Positions 27,839-38,455 of a stretch of 64,000 nt of DNA are shown here, piece by piece (the first letter of the stretch is position 1; each line of letters opens with the position of its first letter). The stretch lies in the NCBI GenBank assembly GCA_035708085.1, contig DASSTE010000035.1, positions 8,870-72,869 on the forward strand. The letters are read 5' to 3'. The DNA is from Gammaproteobacteria bacterium (lineage in GTDB: Bacteria > Pseudomonadota > Gammaproteobacteria > Natronospirales > DASSBR01). Position numbers and translations under genes: made by a program. The notes under the pieces were generated by a model, which worked only from the letters and a program-made list of their open reading frames with translations, made no database searches and had not been told where the DNA came from.

Positions 27839-28168
27839 TCAGCTTGACGACTCGGGCTCCAGGACCACAGCGGTGCCGTAGGCGACGATCTCGCTCATCG
27901 TCTGGCCGATTTCGGATGAGTCGAAGCGCATCGCGATGATGCCGTTCGCACCCATCGCCGTTGCATTTTCGACCATGCGGTCGAGGGCGTGGCGGCGCGC
28001 CTCTTCCAGCATCTGTGTGTATTCGGTGATTTCGCCGCCGACCAGCGAGCGCAAGCCGGCCATGACGTTACCGCCCAGGCCGCGGCTGCGCACCACGACG
28101 CCGAACACCTGCCCCTTCACTTCCCGCACCCGATGCCGGGCGATTGTATCGCTCGTTGCGACAATCAT
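27839..28168 (-). CDS. YbjQ-family (UPF0145) protein
   Basis: 109-aa ORF with GQVFGVVVRSRGLGGNVMAGLRSLVGGEI..YGTAVV, typical of YbjQ/UPF0145. Confidence 0.8.
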   Translation of the reverse strand: MIVATSDTIARHRVREVKGQVFGVVVRSRGLGGNVMAGLRSLVGGEITEYTQMLEEARRHALDRMVENATAMGANGIIAMRFDSSEIGQTMSEIVAYGTAVVLEPESSS

Positions 28169-28212
28169 TGTTTGCTCCCATGATGAAGGCCCGCTCCATC
28201 ATAGGCCGATTC

Positions 28213-30621
<2,409 letters not shown>

Positions 30622-30641
30622 GATTCATTGATCCTTCAAGG

Positions 30642-31043
30642 TCAAACCTGTTGCAAGGCGATGTAAAGGCAGCCGTCGAGCGACTCTTTACGAGCGATTT
30701 CGAAGCGGCCGGCGGGCAAGGGGATGTGGCGCTCGAAGTGGCCGTGCGGAATTTCGAGGCGGCGGAACACGCCTTCGTGGCTTTCCAACGGCAGGCGGCG
30801 CTCGCCGCTGATGGTCAGCGTGTCGTCGTCGAGCCGGGTTTCGACCTGATCGGCCGCGACGCCCGGCAGCGCGGCCAGAATCCAGAGCGTGCGCCCGGTC
30901 TGGTAGATGTCGATCGGCGGCTCCCACAACGGTCTGCGAGCGCGGACGACCGGGCGGAAAAATTGCCGCTGCAGGTGCTCGGCGCGCGCCAGCATTTCGC
31001 AGGCCTCGGCCCACATGCGGCTTTCCAGATCTCGCGAGTCCAT
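30642..31043 (-). CDS. Hsp20/alpha-crystallin-family small heat-shock protein
   Basis: 133-aa ORF with PPIDIYQT..LWILAALPGV..LTISGER..GHFERHIPLP (ACD pattern). It lies 20 nt upstream of lon. Confidence 0.75.
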   Translation of the reverse strand: MDSRDLESRMWAEACEMLARAEHLQRQFFRPVVRARRPLWEPPIDIYQTGRTLWILAALPGVAADQVETRLDDDTLTISGERRLPLESHEGVFRRLEIPHGHFERHIPLPAGRFEIARKESLDGCLYIALQQV

Positions 31044-31074
31044 GCGATTACCTCAGATTAGCGGTTACCTTTAA

Positions 31075-31102
31075 GATTAGGGCGTCCGGGCTGGAATTCA
31101 AA
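31075..31102 (-). promoter_or_regulatory. Sigma32-like heat-shock promoter for hsp20-lon
   Basis: The minus strand reads tTTGAAt-13 nt-CCCTAATC, compared with the consensus CTTGAAA-N13-14-CCCCATnT. The -10 lies about 32 nt upstream of the hsp20 ATG. Confidence 0.5.
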
Positions 31103-31110
31103 TCAGTGCC

Positions 31111-31218
31111 TAGTCGCTAGTCGCTAGTCGCTAGTCGCTAGTCGCTAGTCGCTAGGACTGAGTGAAGAGAGCAATTTGTTTTCTTCGCACGCAGTCGTGG
31201 CGACTCAGTCCTGGCGAC
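31111..31218. repeat. Family-D element: (TAGTCGC)x6 tandem heptamers plus a 17-bp inverted repeat
   Basis: Six perfect heptamers occupy 31111-31152. The arm agtcgctaggactgagt is followed by a 32-nt loop and the arm actcagtcctggcgact (one mismatch). Confidence 0.85.
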
Positions 31219-31244
31219 TTTTCTTCCTGTTAGACTAGCGCCCC

Positions 31245-32918
31245 ATGCGTGCCGCTCCCATCGTCGTTGTCACAACTTTGTTTGTTGCGGCAAGCTTTGC
31301 GGGTGCGCGCGCGGCGCAAAATTGCCCCGTTCCGCCCGCCAATCATCCTTCGGCGCGCTGGCGCAACCAATACGTCTGGCGCGCCCTCGCCAGGCGTCAC
31401 TACACGATCGGGCAGATCCGCATTCATGTCGCGCAGGTTTACGATCTCAACAAGCCCGGGGAGGACGCGTGGTATTCGCGACTGGCCGATGCGCTGCATA
31501 TCAAGACGCGCCCCGGCGTGGTGCGCGATCAACTGCTGTTCCAGTCGGGCGATCCGGTTCGGGCGCCGCTGATTTACCAGACGGAGCGGCGGCTGCGCAG
31601 CTACAAGTTTCTGCGCAAGGCGGATATTGTGCCGGTCGCGTGTCACGACGGACGCGTCGATGTGGATGTGAATGTCAAAGACTCGTGGACGTTGAAGCCA
31701 GAGGTCGCCTACGAGCGGATCGGCGGGCAGAACATCGTCAGCTTCCAGCTTAAGGACGAGAATCTGTTCGGCCTCGGCAAGACTATTGCGCTCGGCCATA
31801 TTCACGGCACGCAGCGCGACGAGAATTACGCGAGCTATTTCGATCCGGCGCTGGCCGGTTCGCGCTGGCAACTGCTGGCAAGCGCGTCGAATTTGAGCGA
31901 CGGCTACGGCCGCCAGTTGTCGATTAACCGGCCGTTCTTTGCCGACGCGACGGCCTGGTCCGGCGGCGCAAGCTTTCTGACACAGCAGGCTGATGTCAAT
32001 TTCTATAATGACGGCAAGCAGGCCTGGGTTGCATCGGATCAGACACGACAGGTGTCGCTGTCCTGGCAGCACCTGGTTGCATGGGACGGTGTCAGCGGCT
32101 TGCGCGCCGGGGTGCGCTACATCGACGAAGCCTGGCGTTACGGTCCGCTGATTCCGCGCGCGCCGAGGCTGCGCCCGCGGCCGACGTTGCCGGACCGGCA
32201 ATTTCGCGGCTTGCAGGGCACGCTCAATTTTTTTCAGGACCGCTACGCGACGTTTTACAACATGGCGCAGATCGGCAGGGCGGAGGACTACAACCTCGGC
32301 TGGACCGCGTCTGCCGCAGCCGGTTTCTTTCCCACCTCGTTCGGCAGCAGCAGCGATGCGTGGATCGGCGGGCTTGGCGCCACCTACGGGACGCGGCTGC
32401 CGTGGGATGGTGCCGTCTTCGTAAGTGCCGGCGTCGGTGGCCGGCATGCACGCGGCGCGTGGCGCGGCAGTTACGGCGATCTCGGCGCGACCTGGTACGA
32501 CCAGACCTTCGACCGGCAGACGCTGGTCGCGCATGTGACGGCCGACTGGCAACTACGGCCCGACCCGGAAGACCAGCTTTATCTCGGCGGCCTCGCCGGG
32601 CTGCGCGGTTACCCGAACTACTTTCGCGCCGGCGACCGCCGCTGGACGCTGACGCTGGAAGATCGCATCTTCACCACGACGACGTTCGTGAATACCTTCA
32701 AGCTCGGCTATGTCGCTTTCCTCGACGCCGGGCGGATCGACCAGCCGGGCGGCCAAGGCTGGAGCCGCATATTCAGCGATGTCGGCGGCGGATTGCGCTT
32801 CGGCAATGCGCGGGGCGCGTTCGACAATGTGATTTATCTGACGGTGGCGGTGCCGCTGGTGCGGACGACGGAAACTTCGCGGTACCAGATTGTGATTGGA
32901 GATATCGTCAACTTTTGA
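31245..32918 (+). CDS. Omp85-superfamily outer-membrane protein (single POTRA plus beta-barrel)
   Basis: 557-aa ORF with a signal peptide and a POTRA-like region (IRIHVAQVYD..TRPGVVRDQLLFQSGDP). The barrel ends in the aromatic terminal IVNF. LGGLAGLRGYP is an Omp85 loop-6-like motif. Confidence 0.8.
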   Translation: MRAAPIVVVTTLFVAASFAGARAAQNCPVPPANHPSARWRNQYVWRALARRHYTIGQIRIHVAQVYDLNKPGEDAWYSRLADALHIKTRPGVVRDQLLFQSGDPVRAPLIYQTERRLRSYKFLRKADIVPVACHDGRVDVDVNVKDSWTLKPEVAYERIGGQNIVSFQLKDENLFGLGKTIALGHIHGTQRDENYASYFDPALAGSRWQLLASASNLSDGYGRQLSINRPFFADATAWSGGASFLTQQADVNFYNDGKQAWVASDQTRQVSLSWQHLVAWDGVSGLRAGVRYIDEAWRYGPLIPRAPRLRPRPTLPDRQFRGLQGTLNFFQDRYATFYNMAQIGRAEDYNLGWTASAAAGFFPTSFGSSSDAWIGGLGATYGTRLPWDGAVFVSAGVGGRHARGAWRGSYGDLGATWYDQTFDRQTLVAHVTADWQLRPDPEDQLYLGGLAGLRGYPNYFRAGDRRWTLTLEDRIFTTTTFVNTFKLGYVAFLDAGRIDQPGGQGWSRIFSDVGGGLRFGNARGAFDNVIYLTVAVPLVRTTETSRYQIVIGDIVNF

Positions 32919-32922
32919 AAAA

Positions 32923-32993
32923 AGTCGCTAGTCGCTAGTCGCTAGTCGCTAGTCGCTAGTCACTAGTTCAGTCCTGGCGACTCAGTCCTGGCG
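32923..32993. repeat. Family-D element: (AGTCGCT)x5 plus one variant, then a tandem TCAGTCCTGGCG duplication
   Basis: Five perfect heptamers occupy 32923-32957, followed by the variant agtcact. The sequence then reads agttcagtcctggcgactcagtcctggcg and abuts the CPA2 stop codon. Confidence 0.85.
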
Positions 32994-35000
32994 CTATCCA
33001 TCCTTGAGCCGTGCCTTCCCCGCCTCGAGCTGCTCCGGCGTGGCGTAAAGTACCAGCGTATCGTCCTCGTGCAGCACTGTATCCGGTTCCGGCTGGCGGC
33101 CGACGATGTCGTTGCGGCGCAGTGCCGTCACCATCACGCCGATCGCCTCCAGCTTGATGTCCATCAGCTGCCGGCCGATCGCATAGTCGCCATCTTCCAG
33201 CGTCACCGTGTCCAACTGGCCGCGAAACGCCTGGCTGCTGGAGAGCGGCAGCGCGCCCTGGCCGCGGAACACGTTGCGCAGCAGCGCGTAGCGGTCGGAC
33301 CGTACCCGCTGGATGCGCCGGAAAATACGACTCGCCGGCACGTGCAGCAGCGTCAGCAGATGCTGGACCACCATCAGGCTGGCTTCGAGCGTTTCCGGAA
33401 TGACTTCGGTCGCGCCTGCCGCCTGCAGCGCTTCCAGATGACTGTCGTCACGCGTGCGCACCAGCGTCGGCAGGTCCGGGCGAGCTCGCTTCGCGACGTT
33501 GAGAATCTGCAGCGCGGTGCGGACGTTTGAATAGGCAATCACCAGCGCGCGGGCGCGCGGCAGACCGGCCGCCCGCAGCACGTCGTACTCGGTGGCGTCG
33601 CCGAAAAATGCGGGATCGCCTGCGGCGCGGGCGGCTTTGATTCGGGAAGGATCGAGGTCCAACGCGACGTACTCGAAGTTTTCCTGTTCGAGAAAACGCG
33701 CCACGTTCTGCCCCACCCGACCGTAGCCGGCAATGATGATGTGGCCGGCGGCGTCCACCTCGTGGCGCTCCATCGCCGCCTCCTCGATTTGCGCATCCTC
33801 TTCGACCGGTGCACGAAATACCAGCCCGGCAATGTGGCGGTTGAACAGCACGATAATCGGCCCGAGCATCATCGTGATCACGATCACCGCCAGGGCGAAT
33901 TGTGCGACCTTCGGTGTAGATACGCCGGTGCTGACCGCGAGCGCGAGCAGCGCGAACCCGAACTCGCCGCCTTCGGACAGCACCAGGCCGGCGCGCAACG
34001 CCATAATGCGGTCGGCGCCGAGCAGTCGCGAGATGCCGGCGATCAACAATGTCTTGAACAGCAGCAGTGCAACGGCCGCGACCAGTATCCAGACGCCTTC
34101 GGCGCGCATCACCGCCGGATCGACCAGCATGCCCACCGTGACGAAAAACAGCCCGAGCAGCACGTCGCGAAACGGCCGGATTTCCGCCTCGATCTGGTGG
34201 CGGAATTCGGTTTCCGACAGTGACATGCCGACCAGGAACGCACCCAGCGCGAGCGACAGGCCCAGGTTCTGCGTAATCCATGCCGCCGCCAGCGTGAACA
34301 GCAGCACCGCGAGCGTAAACAGTTCCGAAGAACGCGCCGCGGCGACGCGGTAAAACACCGGCCGTAACAGCCAACGTCCCGCGATAAGGATCAGGCCGAG
34401 CGCGAGAATGCTCTTGCCGGCCGCCCATGCCAGCTGCATACCGAGCATGCCCGGAGTGCCATGCGCCAGCTCCGGAATCAGGATCAGGAACGGGATGACG
34501 GCGAGATCCTGGAACAGCAGCACGGCGACCGCGCGCTGGCCGTGCACCAGCCCGAGTTCGCGCTGGTCCGCCAGTTGCTTGACAACCACGGCGGTCGACG
34601 ACATTGCGAACGCCGCGCCCAGCACCAGCGCCATGCCCGGCTTGAGCTCGAACGCGTAACGGCCGAGCGCCCAGATGATCAGCGTCGTCAGCATGACCTG
34701 CGCGCCGCCCAGCAGCAGCACCGCGCGCCGCATCAGCATCAGGCGCTGCAGCGAAAATTCCAGCCCCAGCGTGAACAGCAGAAAGACGACGCCGAATTCG
34801 GCCAGCACCCGCGTCTGGTCCGCATTCGGAATCCACGCCAGCACGTGCGGGCCGACCAGCACGCCCGTGAACAGGTAGGCGAGCACTGCGGGCAGGCGCG
34901 CGCGCCGGAGCAAGGTGCCGGCGACCACCGCCAGGGCCAACAGCAAAATGATCAACAGCAAATTGGAGCTGCCGGCGATATGTTCCGTCGTGTCGGACAT
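32994..35000 (-). CDS. CPA2-family monovalent cation:proton antiporter with RCK/TrkA domains (KefB/YbaL-like)
   Basis: ORF 32994..35420 trimmed to MSDTTEHIAGSSNLLLIILLL. The upstream 140 aa are Arg/Gln-rich shadow sequence overlapping the divergent MFS gene. Rossmann motif IIIAGYGRVGQ is present. Confidence 0.85.
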   Translation of the reverse strand: MSDTTEHIAGSSNLLLIILLLALAVVAGTLLRRARLPAVLAYLFTGVLVGPHVLAWIPNADQTRVLAEFGVVFLLFTLGLEFSLQRLMLMRRAVLLLGGAQVMLTTLIIWALGRYAFELKPGMALVLGAAFAMSSTAVVVKQLADQRELGLVHGQRAVAVLLFQDLAVIPFLILIPELAHGTPGMLGMQLAWAAGKSILALGLILIAGRWLLRPVFYRVAAARSSELFTLAVLLFTLAAAWITQNLGLSLALGAFLVGMSLSETEFRHQIEAEIRPFRDVLLGLFFVTVGMLVDPAVMRAEGVWILVAAVALLLFKTLLIAGISRLLGADRIMALRAGLVLSEGGEFGFALLALAVSTGVSTPKVAQFALAVIVITMMLGPIIVLFNRHIAGLVFRAPVEEDAQIEEAAMERHEVDAAGHIIIAGYGRVGQNVARFLEQENFEYVALDLDPSRIKAARAAGDPAFFGDATEYDVLRAAGLPRARALVIAYSNVRTALQILNVAKRARPDLPTLVRTRDDSHLEALQAAGATEVIPETLEASLMVVQHLLTLLHVPASRIFRRIQRVRSDRYALLRNVFRGQGALPLSSSQAFRGQLDTVTLEDGDYAIGRQLMDIKLEAIGVMVTALRRNDIVGRQPEPDTVLHEDDTLVLYATPEQLEAGKARLKDG

Positions 35001-35027
35001 GCCGGGATGATAGCATCGCCAACAACA

Positions 35028-36230
35028 ATGAACTCCCACACCGCCACGAGCGCCAGCCGCCGCATCGCCATCATGACCTTCTTCGGCGGAATCGGCGGCG
35101 GCGTGGTGTTTCCGATTCTGCCGACGCTGGGCATACGCCTCGGCTTGTCGTCGTTGCTGGTCGGGCTGATCCTGGCGGCGAACCGGATCACGCGGCTGGG
35201 TTTCAATCCGGTGGTGGGCGCGCTGACCGACCGTATCGGCGGCAAATGGCCGGTGACGGCGGGGCTGTTCATCGAAGGAGTTGGTGCGCTCGCCTATGTC
35301 GGCGCGCTGCATTTCGCGGTGCCGGCCGCGTGGTTTCTGGTCGGGCGGGTGATCTGGGGTTTCGGCTCGTCGCTGCTGTTTGTCGGCGCGCTCGCCGCGG
35401 TACTGGCGCTGTCCGGGCATGGCGACCGCGGCATGGTGACCGCTCGCGTGCGCAGCGCGATCAGCCTTGGTGTGCCGGCGGGCCTGCTGGTCGGCGGCTT
35501 ACTCGCCGACATCGTGTCCGCCGACGTGGCGTTCGTCACCGCCGCCTGCTTCAGTTTCGCGGCGGCGCTCGGTGCCCTGCTCGCCATTCCGGATGTCCGC
35601 CCGCCGCCGTCGCCGAAGACGGTGTCGCCACCGGAAAGCTGGCGCGACATGCTGCGCCGACCGCTGCTGCGCGCAATCTGGAGCTATAACGCAGTGGTCG
35701 CGTTCTCGGTGCAGGGCGTGTTGCTCGCAACGCTGGTGGTGCTGGTCGAGCAGCGCCACCTGTACCTGCCGGGGCTGGGCGCGGAAGGCAGTGCGGGCGT
35801 CCTGATGGCGGTGCTGATGGTCTGGCGTGCCGCCGCTTCACTCGGCATCGGCCGCTGGCTCGGCCGGCAGGAACGGCGCACGACGTGGCTGCTCCCGACG
35901 GCGCTGCTGCTCGCGGTGGGCTTTGCGTTAATCGGCTTCGCCGACCATCTGTGGCTGATCATCGTCGGCCTGCTGCTGATCGGCGCCGGCACCGGCACGA
36001 TCACGATTCCGCTACTCGCGCTGATGGGCGACAAGGTAGCGCGCGAGCGGCGCGGCCGGGCGACGGCAATCTATCAGGTATTCGGGGACGCCGGCGGCAG
36101 CGCCGGGCCGATCATCGGCCTGTGGGCCGCGGTGCACTTTGGCTTTCTGCCGGTGTACGTCGCGCTGGCGGTGGTGTTCGTGCTGACGCTGCCCCTGGCG
36201 GCTTATCTGAGGAAGGCGGAATCGCGCTGA
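35028..36230 (+). CDS. MFS transporter
   Basis: ORF 34461..36230 trimmed to MNSHTATSASRRIAIMTFFGG. It has 12-TM character and the MFS loop motif GALTDRIGGKW. The start is uncertain, with Met16 as an alternative. Confidence 0.8.
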   Translation: MNSHTATSASRRIAIMTFFGGIGGGVVFPILPTLGIRLGLSSLLVGLILAANRITRLGFNPVVGALTDRIGGKWPVTAGLFIEGVGALAYVGALHFAVPAAWFLVGRVIWGFGSSLLFVGALAAVLALSGHGDRGMVTARVRSAISLGVPAGLLVGGLLADIVSADVAFVTAACFSFAAALGALLAIPDVRPPPSPKTVSPPESWRDMLRRPLLRAIWSYNAVVAFSVQGVLLATLVVLVEQRHLYLPGLGAEGSAGVLMAVLMVWRAAASLGIGRWLGRQERRTTWLLPTALLLAVGFALIGFADHLWLIIVGLLLIGAGTGTITIPLLALMGDKVARERRGRATAIYQVFGDAGGSAGPIIGLWAAVHFGFLPVYVALAVVFVLTLPLAAYLRKAESR

Positions 36231-36240
36231 GATTGAAGAG

Positions 36241-36267
36241 GCGGGCCGGGCAACCAGCCCGGCCCGC
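36241..36267. terminator. GC-rich hairpin between convergent MFS and S53 genes
   Basis: gcgggccgggc-aacca-gcccggcccgc is a perfect 11-bp stem with no U-run on either side. Confidence 0.4.
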
Positions 36268-36276
36268 AATCGTCAT

Positions 36277-37890
36277 TTACTGAAGGTGCAACAACAGGTT
36301 GGTCGCATTCGGCGTGCCCCAGCCCGTGGGATGATCCCAGAACGAGCCGGCGCTGAACGCGCCGTTGCTGCCGCTGGTTACGTCGAAGAAGTCCGTGCTG
36401 TAATTGCTGCCGGCATCGGCGTAAATCAACGGATTGGCATTGCCCTGCCGGGTTCCCGTCTGCGACACCTTGATCGCGAACAGGCCCGCCAGCTCCGGCG
36501 CGACGAAGCTGGTGCCGCCGTAGACGCTCCACTTGCCGCCAGACAGCACCGAATAGCCGGTCTGTGGATCGGCATCCATTGCAATGTCCGAACTCTGACG
36601 GTTACCGTCCTGCGGTACGTTGGTGCCGGTCTGCCATGACGGCTCCGCGAATACCTCGCTTTCGGCACCGCCGGTGCCGGACCAAGCGGTCTCGCTCTTG
36701 ATGCTGTTGTCGCTGTTGAGCGTGAGGCTGGTGCCGCCCGCGGCCGTCACATACGGATCCGACGACGGGAAATCGGCCATGTTCGTATCGCTGGTGGCAT
36801 CCGACGAGCCGTTGTCGCCGGCCGCCGCAAACAGGCTGATGCCCTGCGCCGCCGCCTGCTGGAAGATGGCGTCGTCGGTCTGCATCGTCGCAGCCGGCGT
36901 CTCACCTTCATCCAGGCCCCAACTGGTCGTCATCACGTCCGCCCGATTGTCCTGCACCACCTGGTTGTAGACGTCGGTGAACGTAGTGAGATACGTGTCG
37001 GCCCCGACGTAAACCAGGATGTTCGCGCCCGGCGCCATGGCGCTGCTGCGCTCGATATCAATCGTGGTCTCGACACCGGTGCGATGAGTGCTGCCATCCA
37101 CCGGAATGGTTTCGACCGTGTGGCTGGGCAACCCGTACTGGCTCCAGAAACCGCTGATATCGCTGGACTTGAACGTCCGGGCAGTGGCAATGGCGATGGT
37201 CGCACCGGCACCATTGGCCGTTTGCGTGATCGACGGCCAGTTATAAGCCGTGGCAATCTGGCTGGGCGAATAGCCGGACGGAGCGGTCGTGCCGCCCCCA
37301 CTGCCCGGCGGACCCTTGCGCGGATTAGTGCGATGCATCGGCGTCAGCCGGGCGGCATCGGTCAGCCCGATGACCGACTGCACGTGCCCGGCAATCGCCG
37401 CCGGCAGCGTCGGATTCGCAGACGGAGCGAAGAACACCCGCCGGCCGTACTGGTAGTCGTTGATCTGGATGCCCAGTGCCCGCTCAATCACGCTCGTTTG
37501 CCCGCGGGCGTGCACCAGCAGGCGATTGGCAGACACATCCTTCACCTCGATGCCGTGCCGCGCCAGGAATTGGGCGACGGCATCGGCCTGGGCCTGGGTC
37601 GGCCCGAAGCGCTCGGTGAATTCCTCGGGGGTGAGGAAATGATGATAGATACGGCTCGCCGGATTCTGCACCTCGCTGAGGAACTGCTTGAGTTCCGCCG
37701 TGTTGCGGAGCTTGAGTCCGATCGCAATGTCGAGCATCGCGTTGGGGCTGTGAGCGCCGAGCAGGTGGGACTTACCGACGAGGGCCGGCACGTTGTGCGC
37801 GACCGCCGCGCGGGGCGGGGCGGCAAACGCAGGCGCGCAAAGCGCCCCGGTGGCGACGGCCAACACCGCGCCTATTGTGGCTTTGTTCAT
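36277..37890 (-). CDS. S53 (sedolisin/kumamolisin-type) secreted serine-carboxyl peptidase with pro-domain
   Basis: 537-aa ORF with a signal peptide and a pro-kumamolisin-like N-domain (FLTPEEFTERFGP). The catalytic region carries SWG..E/D and GGTSFVAPELAG. Confidence 0.85.
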   Translation of the reverse strand: MNKATIGAVLAVATGALCAPAFAAPPRAAVAHNVPALVGKSHLLGAHSPNAMLDIAIGLKLRNTAELKQFLSEVQNPASRIYHHFLTPEEFTERFGPTQAQADAVAQFLARHGIEVKDVSANRLLVHARGQTSVIERALGIQINDYQYGRRVFFAPSANPTLPAAIAGHVQSVIGLTDAARLTPMHRTNPRKGPPGSGGGTTAPSGYSPSQIATAYNWPSITQTANGAGATIAIATARTFKSSDISGFWSQYGLPSHTVETIPVDGSTHRTGVETTIDIERSSAMAPGANILVYVGADTYLTTFTDVYNQVVQDNRADVMTTSWGLDEGETPAATMQTDDAIFQQAAAQGISLFAAAGDNGSSDATSDTNMADFPSSDPYVTAAGGTSLTLNSDNSIKSETAWSGTGGAESEVFAEPSWQTGTNVPQDGNRQSSDIAMDADPQTGYSVLSGGKWSVYGGTSFVAPELAGLFAIKVSQTGTRQGNANPLIYADAGSNYSTDFFDVTSGSNGAFSAGSFWDHPTGWGTPNATNLLLHLQ

Positions 37891-38045
37891 ATGACCCTCC
37901 TTTGGACTTGAACAAATCGACCGAACGGGGAATTACCCGATAGGCCGCCCGAAGGTATAACCGCCCGAAGCGGCAGCCACAATAAGGGAAGACACCAGAG
38001 ACGCCGGGGGAAACCCCGGCGCGAGGGCCGGGAGGCCCCTTAAAA

Positions 38046-38345
38046 TCAGGCGCGGCCGGAGAGCAGATCGTCCGGCGAATGGTAGTAGTCGCTTTCCTCG
38101 GCGAACCGGGTCACCAGCCGCTTGAGTTCGGCGAGCCGCCCTTCCGGCGTCGACAGCGGTGCGCAATCTTCGCAACGCGCGTCGCCGCAGGGTTTGTTGG
38201 CAAATAGCCAGTAATGCACGGCGCCGGCGAGCATGCCGTCGGCGATATCCCACAGGTCGGCTTCGGGATGCGAGTCGGCCATGCCATTGGCAAGTTCGAC
38301 CGCTTCCTGGGCGGCTGAGTCGTAAAGATTGGGTAGCTGGTTCAT
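38046..38345 (-). CDS. DUF3144-like small protein
   Basis: ORF trimmed to MNQLPNLYDSAAQEAVELANGMADSHPEADLWDIADGMLAGAVHYWL. This is a family recollection, not verified. Confidence 0.6.
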   Translation of the reverse strand: MNQLPNLYDSAAQEAVELANGMADSHPEADLWDIADGMLAGAVHYWLFANKPCGDARCEDCAPLSTPEGRLAELKRLVTRFAEESDYYHSPDDLLSGRA

Positions 38346-38455
38346 CACAGATGGATCGGTTCGACGCCCCATTATAGCGAATACCCCCCGGCACAAACCA
38401 TAGTTTTACGGCCTTCCACGTGGTTTTATTATGGGTTGAGGCAAGGAGGCCAAAT

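Noticed and set aside
31111-31152. Possible CRISPR array or minisatellite coding repeat
   Set aside because: The unit is only 7 nt and perfectly tandem with no spacers, and no cas genes are present. It is treated as a microsatellite-like part of a palindromic element.
35001-35420. N-terminal 140-aa extension of the CPA2 ORF, and likewise 34461..35027 for the MFS ORF
   Set aside because: The extensions are Arg/Gln/His-rich, overlap the divergent gene, and precede methionines that give canonical N-termini. The shorter starts were adopted. This leaves only 27 nt between the two starts, so at least one start remains uncertain.
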